Assembly: GCA_024275015.1 (NCBI GenBank)
Contig: JAJRZW010000032.1
Span: forward strand, 30,755-94,754
DNA length: 64,000 nucleotides
Direction of reading: 5' to 3'
Source: Deltaproteobacteria bacterium
Lineage (GTDB): Bacteria; Desulfobacterota; Desulfobulbia; Desulfobulbales; JAJRZW01
The position numbers were made by a program, and so were the translations under genes. Below, in pieces: positions 36,203 through 44,967 of the stretch. The notes under the pieces are model-generated. The model ran no database searches. It was given only the letters and a program-made list of their open reading frames with translations, and was not told the origin of the DNA. Numbering within the stretch: the stretch's first letter is position 1; each line of letters starts with the position of its first letter.

Positions 36203-38238
36203 GCGACCTCGCCTTGTTCAATTTTTACCGCGCATACCTTATATTCCGGACAATTCGCCAGCGGGTCCCAGGTGTCGATACACAGGGCGTTGATCGGCGA
36301 CTCACTGAAATGGAAACTGGTGTAGATCATCCCCGGCTTTACTACATCGCTTATTTCCGCGGTAATCCTGATTACCCCCCGTCTTGAAGTTACCCGGAGG
36401 ATATCGCCGCCTCGCACCCCGAGCCTTCCGGCATCGCCCCCGTTTATCTGCAACAGCGCCTCCCCGCACTCCCGGTTGTGCAGGGAACACTTCCTGGTCA
36501 TGGTGCCGGTGTGATAATGGTGATAGGTCCGGCCGGTGATTAAAAGAAAGGGATACTCTTTATCCGGCAACTCACTTGGCGGATCATGCTCGGCGGCAAT
36601 AAAACGACCGCGGCCGCGGGTAAAATAATACTTATGGAGAAAGGGGGTGCCGGGATGGCCCCGGTCCCAGCAGGGCCATTGCAGCCCCCAGCCGCTCTCC
36701 AGGCGATCGTGGTGCATGCCGCCGTAAATCGGGGTCAGCATGGCGATCTCTTCCATGATCTCTACCGGAGACTCATGGCCCATGGGATAGCCCATCCGTT
36801 CGGAAATCCCCATGATTATATCGGCATCGGTGCGGCAGTGACCGACCGGGTCTATAGCCCGGCGCACCATCTGTACCCGCCGCTCGGAATTGGTGAAGGT
36901 CCCGGTCTTTTCGGCAAAGGACGCCGCCGGGAAAACCACATGGGCGAATTTCGCGGTTTCGGTGAGAAAAATATCAGAGACAGCGAGGAACTCGAGATTG
37001 GCCAGGGTATCCTCAACCTTTGATAACACCGGATCACTCAACATCGGATTCTCGCCCATGATGAACATCCCGCGGATAAGACCTTCAGCGCCGCAATGAG
37101 TCATCTCCATCAGGGTAAGGCCGGTTTTTTCCGGCAGGCGTACCTGCCAGGCGGCCTCAAACTTCTCCCGGAAATCGAGATTGCCGACCGACTGGTAACC
37201 CGGAAAGACATTGGGCAGTGCCCCCATGTCGCAGGCGCCCTGAACGTTATTCTGGCCGCGCAGGGGATCAACCCCGGTATCCTCCTTTTCAACGTTGCCG
37301 GTGAGCATGGCGAGATTGGCCAGCGACTGCACGTTCCTGGTGCCGCTGATGTGCTGGGTGATCCCGAGGCAATAGCAGATCACCGCCTTCCTCGCCCGGG
37401 CGTAAACCCGGGCCGCCTCTTTTATCCGTTCAAGGGGAACGCCGGTTGTTTTCGCCGTTTCCTCAAGATCTATCCGGTAAAGCATGTCGCGCAGCTGATG
37501 ATAATTTTCAGTGCGCATATCAATAAAGAGGTCATCGACCAGGTTCTGATCAATGATGATCCGCATCATCGCGTTCAAAAGCGGGATGTCGGTGCCGGGA
37601 CGGATATCAAGGTGGATATGGGCGAACTCGGCAAGCCGGATCCGGCGCGGATCGATGACGATCAGTTTCGCCCCGCGATCCACCGCGGCAAGCATCCGCC
37701 GCGCCACCTGGGGATGGGCCTCGGTGGTATTGCTGCCGGTGGCGAGGATGACCTCGGCGTTTTCGATCTCGTTGATGGAATTGGTCATCGCGCCGCTGCC
37801 GAAGGTGGTGGCAAGACCTGCCACCGTGGGCGCGTGTCAGAGGCGGGCGCAATGGTCGATATTATTGGTTTTGAACACCGCCCGGGTCAGTTTCTGTAAC
37901 AGGTAGTTCTCTTCATTGGTACATTTGGCCGAAGACAGAACCCCGATGCCGTCCCCCCCGCTACGCTCACGGACACGGGAAAAACCGGTCGCGGCAAAAT
38001 CAAGGGCCTCATCCCATGAGGCCGGAACCAGCCGGCCGTTTTTGCGGATCAACGGCTCGGTAAGCCGCTCCGGGTGATGGATAAACTCATGAATGTTCCA
38101 GCCTTTAACGCAGAGATTATTACGCGAGACCGGATGGTTGCGACTGGGGGCGGTGCCGGTCACCCGGCCGTCGTTCACCCTGAGATACAGGCCGCAACCG
38201 CAGCCACAATAGACACAGGTGGTCAGTATGTCGCCCAT
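36199..38238 (-). CDS. fdhA: selenocysteine-containing formate dehydrogenase catalytic subunit (Mo/W-bis-PGD), read through the TGA at 37839-37837
   Basis: The N-terminal 4Fe-4S motif is CVYCGCGCGLYL. Track ORFs 37837-38238 and 36199-37824 are in the same frame and separated only by TGA. The junction reads [28 protein letters not shown], matching the conserved Sec/Cys active-site context of FdhF/FdhA. There is no Tat signal. Confidence 0.9.
37807..37839 (-). promoter_or_regulatory. UGA(Sec) codon plus bacterial SECIS hairpin
   Basis: UGA CAC GCG CCC AC-GGUGGCA-GGUCU-UGCCACC. It has a 7-bp stem and a GGUCU loop 11 nt after UGA. It is very close to the E. coli fdhF SECIS as I recall it (UGA CAC GGC CCA UCG GUU GCA GGU CUG CAC C). 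Confidence 0.8.
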
Positions 38239-38346
38239 GATCAGCTCCTTGATGGTCCCTGGCGGGAAAAAGCTTTATTTTACCTGGATCGTAACTATCC
38301 ACCCCATGAGCACCAGAATAAATAACCACGGGGCTTGTAACTGCTT

Positions 38347-38413
38347 ACAGGGTGTCGGACCAGGTCCGGAATGACAAAGATGATGATTTGCGACTTTTTA
38401 CGCCGCCATCAAG
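38347..38413. repeat. intergenic repeat family R3, copy b
   Basis: acagggtgtcggaccaggtccggaatgacaaagatgatgatttgcgactttttacgccgccatcaag. Confidence 0.7.
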
Positions 38414-38565
38414 TTTTATCCATCCTATAATTAAAGACCGGATCAAGGCAAACGCAAAATACGGCCGAAGTCCGGCGCCAGAAGGGAAACAGCGGAAAAA
38501 CTCTCCCCACCGATGCCGGACCCCGCGAATGACAGCGTTCAACAAACCCCACCCCGTGCTATAAT

Positions 38566-38784
38566 CCTGGATCCGTGACGTTCAGGAACGGTGCAGATGC
38601 AAGGAGGCAAGCACGTTGATTATACTTCGGTATATCAACGGCTTGCCGACACCGAGGATGCGCCGTTCCCGGATGCCCGAAGGGCGGCGGGGTGAAATTT
38701 CCGCCGACGCGAAAATCAGACAAAAAAATACATGAATTCAGATGGATACATACCAGGTTACCACTAAGCCGTCACAGATTCAGG
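38566..38784. repeat. MITE-like element R2, copy b (inverted; flanked by ATAAT direct repeats)
   Basis: Terminal repeats CCTGGATCCGTG ... CACAGATTCAGG. ATAAT lies on both flanks (38561-38565 and 38785-38789). It is collinear with copy a over ~215 nt. Confidence 0.75.
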
Positions 38785-38830
38785 ATAATATCACGGGATG
38801 TAAGGGTTTCAACGGCCTGGTACCCGCGTA

Positions 38831-40750
38831 TCATGCGTGAACAGCATGGGGACGGGGAATGAGCTTGTAGACCATGACCGGAATCTCCTTGCCCTTGACC
38901 GTGACCGGCTCGCCCTCTGAAAATTCAACATGACCGATCATCCCCCGCCCCACGAGTTGTTCAATCTTCGCCAGGGTGAACTCGGTCAGAAGGATACGAC
39001 AATCCATGGAACGGGTCAGGGCCTCAACCCGCGCTCCGAGATTGACCTGATCACCGATGACCGTGTAGTCCATCTTCCGGCCCTGGGCGCCGATATTGCC
39101 CACCAGAACCTCGCCGCTGTTCAGCCCGATGCCGCAGTCGAGTTCAAGCCGCCCCTCCACACGCCATTTTTCCCGCAGCCGGTCAAGGCAATCGCTCATC
39201 TCAATGGCGCAGCGGAGAGCACGCTCAGCATGGTCATGCTGAGCAAGCGGCGCCCCCCAGAAGGCAAGAATCTCGTCACCGACAAACTTGTCAAGAGTGC
39301 CGTCCCAGCGGAAGATCACCTCGGTCATGGCGGTGAAATACTCGTTGAGCATCGCCACCACCTCCTCGGGCTCATTCTTCTCCGACAGGGCGGTAAAGCC
39401 GCGGACATCAGAGAAAAGAACCGTCACTTCACGCCGCACCCCGCCCAGTTTCGCCTCTTCCGGATTGGCGACCAGCCGTTCCACGATCTTGGGCGAGACA
39501 TAGCTTGCAAAAATCCGCCGGATATCCCGGGCCTTTTGCTCCTCGTGCCGGTAGCGGTAAGCAATGGCGAAGACCGATATCACGAGAATATTGACCAGGG
39601 GATAAAACAGGTTGGTGTAAAAATCGCCAAAGGCGAACAGGGCGCAATTGCCGCCGACAACCGCGGTCACCATCCCGACACTGGCCGCGATCCCGGTCGT
39701 TGCCCGACGACGAACGAGGACAAGAGTCAGCAAAAGACCGCTTGTCAAAATGACCAGCAGAGAAAGAAAAAGCGGCAGGTCACGGATAAAGCGATGATTT
39801 ACAATGTTGTCAATCACCGCCGCGTTCTTCTCCACCCCGGGCATACGGGCCGAAAGCGGGGTCACCACCTGATCGTAGGTATGCAGGGCACTGGCCCCGA
39901 AGAGGACAATCCGGCCACGAAAACGGACGGGGTCAAAATCAGGCTCAAGAATGTCCGCGGCGGAGATATATTTGTAGCTCCCATCCGGGCCGGGATAGTT
40001 TATCCGGAAGCGGCCGGCCGGATCCATGGGAATAAACCGGCCCGCCACCTCAACCCCGCGGCCGCCGTGGATGACAATGGACCCGGGTCCGCCGCCCAGA
40101 ACGACCGAGGCCATGACCAGACCGAAAGAGGGATAATAGTCGCCATCATAGCGGAGAAAGAGATATTCCCGGCGCAGTTTGCCGTCGCGGTCGGCCGGAC
40201 TCCACACATGCCCGGTAACGGCACCGTCATAAAGCCGGTCAAGGCCGATCCTGACGCTGCCCGCGACCAGGGCGTCAACGATGTCTCCGGCGTGTTTTAT
40301 TCTGGTAATGGCCGCGTCCCAGAGATAATCCGGGGCCGGAGAACCGGAAACGCGGTCAAAGCCCACGGCCAGAACCACCCTGCCACTACCCCCTCTAACC
40401 GCACGGATCAGGGGCTGGTCCTCGATATCATTCTGTCTTTCGGCGTAGAAGATATCGATCCCCAGAGCTCGAGGGCGACCGGCGAGTATCCGGGTAATGA
40501 TCCGGGCCTGGATGGAACGGGGCAGGGGCCAGCGACCGTAACGAGCCAGGGTATCGTCGTCAATGGCGACGATCATGATATCAGCTGATGTACGCGGAGG
40601 ATTCACCAGGGCGCGAACCTGAAAACGGTAATCAAGGAGCAGCCCCTCGACCGAATCATCCACCGCCGGGGGGGAAATGAGAGCGATAACAACGGCCGTC
40701 GCAGTACATAATATCCCGGCAAGCATGACCGGATTCCATAACCGTTTCAT
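38831..40750 (-). CDS. CHASE2-sensor class III adenylate cyclase
   Basis: N-terminal TM helix, a periplasmic CHASE2-like region (IMIVAIDDDTLARYGRWPLPRS...GIDIFYAE), a TM bundle, then a cyclase domain (VTVLFSDVRGFTALSE, LDKFVGDEILAFWGAP, DYTVIGDQVNLGARVE). The Lys/Asp pattern suggests ATP as substrate. Confidence 0.85.
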   Translation of the reverse strand: MKRLWNPVMLAGILCTATAVVIALISPPAVDDSVEGLLLDYRFQVRALVNPPRTSADIMIVAIDDDTLARYGRWPLPRSIQARIITRILAGRPRALGIDIFYAERQNDIEDQPLIRAVRGGSGRVVLAVGFDRVSGSPAPDYLWDAAITRIKHAGDIVDALVAGSVRIGLDRLYDGAVTGHVWSPADRDGKLRREYLFLRYDGDYYPSFGLVMASVVLGGGPGSIVIHGGRGVEVAGRFIPMDPAGRFRINYPGPDGSYKYISAADILEPDFDPVRFRGRIVLFGASALHTYDQVVTPLSARMPGVEKNAAVIDNIVNHRFIRDLPLFLSLLVILTSGLLLTLVLVRRRATTGIAASVGMVTAVVGGNCALFAFGDFYTNLFYPLVNILVISVFAIAYRYRHEEQKARDIRRIFASYVSPKIVERLVANPEEAKLGGVRREVTVLFSDVRGFTALSEKNEPEEVVAMLNEYFTAMTEVIFRWDGTLDKFVGDEILAFWGAPLAQHDHAERALRCAIEMSDCLDRLREKWRVEGRLELDCGIGLNSGEVLVGNIGAQGRKMDYTVIGDQVNLGARVEALTRSMDCRILLTEFTLAKIEQLVGRGMIGHVEFSEGEPVTVKGKEIPVMVYKLIPRPHAVHA

Positions 40751-40818
40751 CGCAAAGGCTCAGTGTCTCCCCGGAAAACAGCCATCCCCCATAGGCCCCG
40801 ATAGCGGATCAGCGGTGG

Positions 40819-42267
40819 TCAATTAAAATTGACGCTGCAGAACTTGTCCGTGTCCATGGTCACCTGGCAGGTGAGATCGCTCCCGCAGGAAGCACAGTCT
40901 CCGCCCCAAAAGCTGAAGGAGGTCGTGGGTACGGCGGAGACAGTGACCGACTCATCCTGCGAATAGGCCCAAATCAGGGTAGTGCCGCTACTGCCGCTTT
41001 CGGCGATCACCGGAGGAGTGAAAATCACATCCCCCTGCCCCGTCTTCCAGACAACGTGCAACTTAACGGTACAGGGATTGGCGACGAGGGAAGCGCCGGG
41101 ATCGTCCACCACCCCCCCGCCGTAGATATAGATATCATCACCAGCAGGCTCCACCCGCGGCGGGACATGATCCCAATAATTTCCCACCACATCCAGTGTC
41201 CCCGCCCTGCCGTAAACAAGGTCATCTCCCGTGTTACAGCTAAAGATATTATCGACAAGCGACGGGGTGCCGGCCTGCACTGACATACCAATGACGTTGC
41301 CGCTCAAGGTATTGCCGCGGATCGTCGGACTGCCGCCCTCCACACTGATCCCCCCGGGGGAGATCTCGCTCTGGCCTTTGACTCTGCTGACACTGTTATC
41401 CACCACCAATGAGTCGCCGCCCAGCCCCACCCCGCCGCCTGATATAATGTTATTCCTGATGGTCATGGCAAAACCTGAGTCATAGATCGCCGAGTCACCG
41501 CCCTGAATACGGCAGCCCTCAACCGAGGCCCCGACATCGCCGATGATGATCACTGACAACGGACTGGCAGTGATCATCGAGGAATGTCCCGCGCCGATAC
41601 ACTTAAGGGCGGTTCCGGGATTAAGGACAAGAGGAAAGGTCTCAAGACCACCGGCAACAAATCCCGATTCTCCATAATTTCCTGCCCTGACATAAACGGG
41701 CTGGTTCCCCGGAGAAAGAGAAAGGGCCTGGGTGATACTCCGGCATGGGGTCTCGTATGCCCCGCAGCCGGGATTATCGACGCCAATGTTGACATCGACA
41801 TAATAGGCGGTGAGGTCAATCATCTCGATGGCAAGCCTGATCGGGGCCCCGGCCAGATCGGCCACCGAGGTTCCCCTGAAGATCAGAATGCCGTTGCTGT
41901 CGAAACATTCCACCAGGAAACTCCGCCCCTGTCCGTTGGGGACCTCAACCACGATCCGCACACTTGAACGACCGGCCACATCCTCAGTCTTGACCACCTG
42001 AACCATATCCGGACCGTTGACGGTGAGCCTGACGCTATAAACATCGGCGAGAACGGCGGCCACCGCCGGGCCGGGAACGAAATAACCAAGGCTGCGACGG
42101 AAACGGGCAAAGAGACTGTCCCCCCCGGTCGCGAGCGAGGCACTTCGCCCCCCGTTACTGATCTCAACAGTTACCTCCGAGGTCCCGCCGGAGACGCCGG
42201 ATCCGCCGCAGGCGTAGAATATCACCGCAGCAATAAAAAGGATGGTTATCGTGGTAAAGCTCTTCAT
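40819..42267 (-). CDS. putative lipoprotein with right-handed parallel beta-helix (PbH1) repeats
   Basis: The ATG at 42267 follows GGAGGG. The signal sequence ends ...AVIFYAC-GGSG, a lipobox-like Cys. The middle has GxxxGxxIxxN-type beta-helix repeats (IRNNIISGGGVGLGGDSLVVDNSV...IRGNTLSGNVIGMSV). Confidence 0.6.
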   Translation of the reverse strand: MKSFTTITILFIAAVIFYACGGSGVSGGTSEVTVEISNGGRSASLATGGDSLFARFRRSLGYFVPGPAVAAVLADVYSVRLTVNGPDMVQVVKTEDVAGRSSVRIVVEVPNGQGRSFLVECFDSNGILIFRGTSVADLAGAPIRLAIEMIDLTAYYVDVNIGVDNPGCGAYETPCRSITQALSLSPGNQPVYVRAGNYGESGFVAGGLETFPLVLNPGTALKCIGAGHSSMITASPLSVIIIGDVGASVEGCRIQGGDSAIYDSGFAMTIRNNIISGGGVGLGGDSLVVDNSVSRVKGQSEISPGGISVEGGSPTIRGNTLSGNVIGMSVQAGTPSLVDNIFSCNTGDDLVYGRAGTLDVVGNYWDHVPPRVEPAGDDIYIYGGGVVDDPGASLVANPCTVKLHVVWKTGQGDVIFTPPVIAESGSSGTTLIWAYSQDESVTVSAVPTTSFSFWGGDCASCGSDLTCQVTMDTDKFCSVNFN

Positions 42268-42288
42268 CACAACCCTCCGGAACATTTT

Positions 42289-43071
42289 TCAGGGAAAATT
42301 CAGGGCCATGCCCACCGCGGTCCCCTGGTCCCCGACCGATGGCGGCTGGCCAAAGGGCGGCATGGAAATGCTGCGGACCAGATCAAGTCGGGTAAGATCA
42401 ACCGCCGACAACCGCGCGGACGACGTGATGCGGGGCAGGTAATCACCACCGAAATCAAGGAGATACCCCGCAAGCGCATAACGCTCCGGCCCGATGAGTC
42501 TGAACCCGACCGGTGATTCCGGCGGCCTGCCGGCACCGACCAGGGTCATCTGCCCCGCGGTAAGGGCAAGGATCTCGCCTGCCCCGTCGGCAACACCGCC
42601 CACCTCGACTTCGCCCTCGATCACCGCCACCCCGGTAAGTTTGCGTTCCCGGTCATACCAGACCAGAAAAATAGTCCCCCGGGCCGCGGCATAGGCGGTG
42701 GGGGTCACCACCCGGAAAGAGGCATTACCCACCACCGAACGGAGACTGCCGTCAAGGAGTTCATAGATCGAATCAGCCCGTTTCTCTGCCGGGTTATAAA
42801 GATACTGCCGGATCACCAGCCTGCTCTCCGGCCCCAGGGTAAGGACGGAATCGTCACGGAAGAGCATCTTCGCCCGGGACGCGGCAGCGGTGAGCATCTG
42901 GTCATCCTCGAGCAGGGGCAACCGCGGAATTGCCGCCACCTTCCGCGTCGGACCCGTTACCTCGACCACTCCCCGGACCCGGACGACATCTCCGGCCCGT
43001 TTCCCCGACGCGGCCAGGACCGGCGGCACAAGAATCAGAAAAAAAACAAGGGACAAGAAACGCGTCTTCAT
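42289..43071 (-). CDS. FecR-domain periplasmic protein
   Basis: Signal peptide, then GDVVRVRGVVEV...LLEDDQMLTAAASRAKMLFRDDSVLTLGPESRLVI...FRVVTPTAYAAARGTIFLV (FecR/PF04773-like). The start abuts the upstream stop. Confidence 0.7.
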   Translation of the reverse strand: MKTRFLSLVFFLILVPPVLAASGKRAGDVVRVRGVVEVTGPTRKVAAIPRLPLLEDDQMLTAAASRAKMLFRDDSVLTLGPESRLVIRQYLYNPAEKRADSIYELLDGSLRSVVGNASFRVVTPTAYAAARGTIFLVWYDRERKLTGVAVIEGEVEVGGVADGAGEILALTAGQMTLVGAGRPPESPVGFRLIGPERYALAGYLLDFGGDYLPRITSSARLSAVDLTRLDLVRSISMPPFGQPPSVGDQGTAVGMALNFP

Positions 43072-44346
43072 CTATAACCTCGCAAGCACAAAGATACCGC
43101 TCACGTTCCGCTCATAGTCGAAACGGGCGATACTCGAACCGTAGATGACCCAGGTCTCGGAAAGACCGAGGGAAAAAGTATGGTTGATGGGGTAGATAAT
43201 CCCGCCACTGTACTCCTGGACATAATCACGCCGAACCGCGGCCACGGCCGGATCCACCCCACCGTAACCGCGGTCGGTATACGCGGCGCCGACAAAGCCC
43301 TGCCAGCCCCGGCGGCGGTAAGTAACGGTGAGCCGGTAGGTCAGGCCGTCGTTGTCCCAGTAATTGCGGTCGGCGTTGTCGTGGGCAAAAAGTAATCCCA
43401 GTTCAAAACGATAATAACGTCCAAGGTCCATCCGGTGGGAGACCCCGATCTCAAAGCGGCCGCCGCTGCGCTCATCGTTGGCGGGGAAGGTGGCGGTGTT
43501 GTGGAATTCACGCAGTTCCCGGGCCAGGGTGAAGGAAAGAGTATTGTTGCGGAAAGAATGTTCAAGCGCGGTCGACAGACGGACAATGCCGCTGTAGTTA
43601 TCGCCCGAGACCAAAGCGCTGCGGTAACTCGAAGAAAATTTCATCCGGGTTCGGTCGGCGAACCTTTTCTCTCCGGCAAGGCTCACGGTATTGGCGGTCA
43701 GATCAAAGTCGCGATTATGGCTGTTCAGCCCCTGATAAAAACGGTAGCCAAGAGTGAGGTCGGAATCCGTGGCCCGACGCAGGTGCCACTCGCCGTCTAA
43801 GGCGGCGACCTCACGCCAGTCCGATTTCCTGTCGAGGCTGTAGGAGGGATTGGATGGCTCAAGGACCGTGTTCGAATCAAATTGAAGACCGGCAAGAATG
43901 GTAAGGGAATAAGGCCGTTCTCCTCCCTCATTGCCGGTCGCCCGCTCCACCGACAGACCCGCGGCGTCAGGAACGCCTGGATCGCCACCCCCGGGCCGCA
44001 ACGTTTCGGCCTCGGCCGACCGGCCAAGACGATCGAGGACAAGGGCGAGCTCATAGCGGACCCGGGAATTGCCGGGCGAGACAGAAAGCGCCCGGCGCAG
44101 AAGGCGTTCCGCCAGCCCGTAACGACCGGAGCGACTGTGGACGATGGCCATGGCGGTAATGGCGACAGGATCGTCGGGTTTCACCTCCAGGGCCCGGGCA
44201 AGAAACTTCCCGGCCTCTATGTATTCCCCCCGGTCCACGGCATACACCCCGCGGGTCATGGCGATCTCGAAATCCTTTTCAAGGGCAAGGGCCGGGGCGG
44301 CACAGAGAAAGGCCCCGGCAAGCATGACAGCAATAAATCTGATCAT
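43072..44346 (-). CDS. TPR-domain + predicted beta-barrel outer-membrane protein (DUF560/Slam-like architecture?)
   Basis: The ATG at 44346 follows GGGGAG. After the signal peptide (...CAAPALA) come ~100 aa of TPR-like helices, then ~280 aa of alternating amphipathic beta-strand pattern rich in Y/R/F/G/N. Confidence 0.5.
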   Translation of the reverse strand: MIRFIAVMLAGAFLCAAPALALEKDFEIAMTRGVYAVDRGEYIEAGKFLARALEVKPDDPVAITAMAIVHSRSGRYGLAERLLRRALSVSPGNSRVRYELALVLDRLGRSAEAETLRPGGGDPGVPDAAGLSVERATGNEGGERPYSLTILAGLQFDSNTVLEPSNPSYSLDRKSDWREVAALDGEWHLRRATDSDLTLGYRFYQGLNSHNRDFDLTANTVSLAGEKRFADRTRMKFSSSYRSALVSGDNYSGIVRLSTALEHSFRNNTLSFTLARELREFHNTATFPANDERSGGRFEIGVSHRMDLGRYYRFELGLLFAHDNADRNYWDNDGLTYRLTVTYRRRGWQGFVGAAYTDRGYGGVDPAVAAVRRDYVQEYSGGIIYPINHTFSLGLSETWVIYGSSIARFDYERNVSGIFVLARL

Positions 44347-44482
44347 TTCTCCCCCGACGGCAAGAGGTAAAACGGATAAATTCATGTTGCAAAAAAGGTA
44401 ATTACGACTTATTCATTTAAACAGGAGCATAGCACATTCATGGAGAAAAACATTTAAAAAAAACATCACAGAACTAACAGAT

Positions 44483-44632
44483 TATCAGTCCGTTGAAAAA
44501 CGGACTGATAACGGCTTATGTCCACGCCGCCGACTTTGCCGGGTTGAAAACCCCGGTGAAATCGAGAGGTTGGCCGGAACTTGTTTTGGTCAACCGGAGA
44601 GAGGAAAAGCCAGAACGGCTTTTTCAACGGTC
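44483..44632. repeat. R1 repeat, copy D (full length)
   Basis: atCAGTCCGTTgaaaAACGGACTGat is a perfect 9-bp stem with a GAAA loop. It is followed by ...ccgggttgaaaaccccgg...tcgagaggttggcc...gaacggctttttcaacggtc. Confidence 0.85.
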
Positions 44633-44721
44633 TATTATGCTACAAGACATAGTGAAGGCTTAGTGGCGTTATCATCGTAACTGTCTGATTTTACGAGGTT
44701 GCAGTTACCATGGAACCCATG

Positions 44722-44775
44722 GCGGGAAATTAACCCCGCCGCCCTTCGGGAGTCCGGGAACGGCGCATCTCTTGT
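44722..44775. repeat. R2 element fragment (copy c)
   Basis: ggcgggaaattaaccccgccgcccttcgggagtccgggaacggcgcatct matches the central part of R2-a and R2-b. Confidence 0.6.
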
Positions 44776-44967
44776 GCCGGCAACTCGTTTTTTTCAGCAT
44801 ACCCTGAAGAATATTATTCATTCCCCCTGGAGATTATTGACCACTTTTATCCCCCGGCCCCCACACCATGACGCCAACCCCCCGTAACCATGTGGTTCTG
44901 TCCCATGGCCCGGGAATTGCTTATTTTGCTATACATCAACCAATCCAGACAATAAGGAGACCGCAGC

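Noticed and set aside
37837-37839. TGA as a genuine stop producing two separate FDH fragments
   Set aside because: The same frame continues, the active-site context [10 protein letters not shown] is conserved, and an fdhF-like SECIS hairpin follows. Read-through as Sec is far more likely.
38930-40588. 552 aa plus-strand ORF opposite the CHASE2 cyclase
   Set aside because: This is an antisense shadow ORF; the minus strand encodes canonical cyclase motifs.
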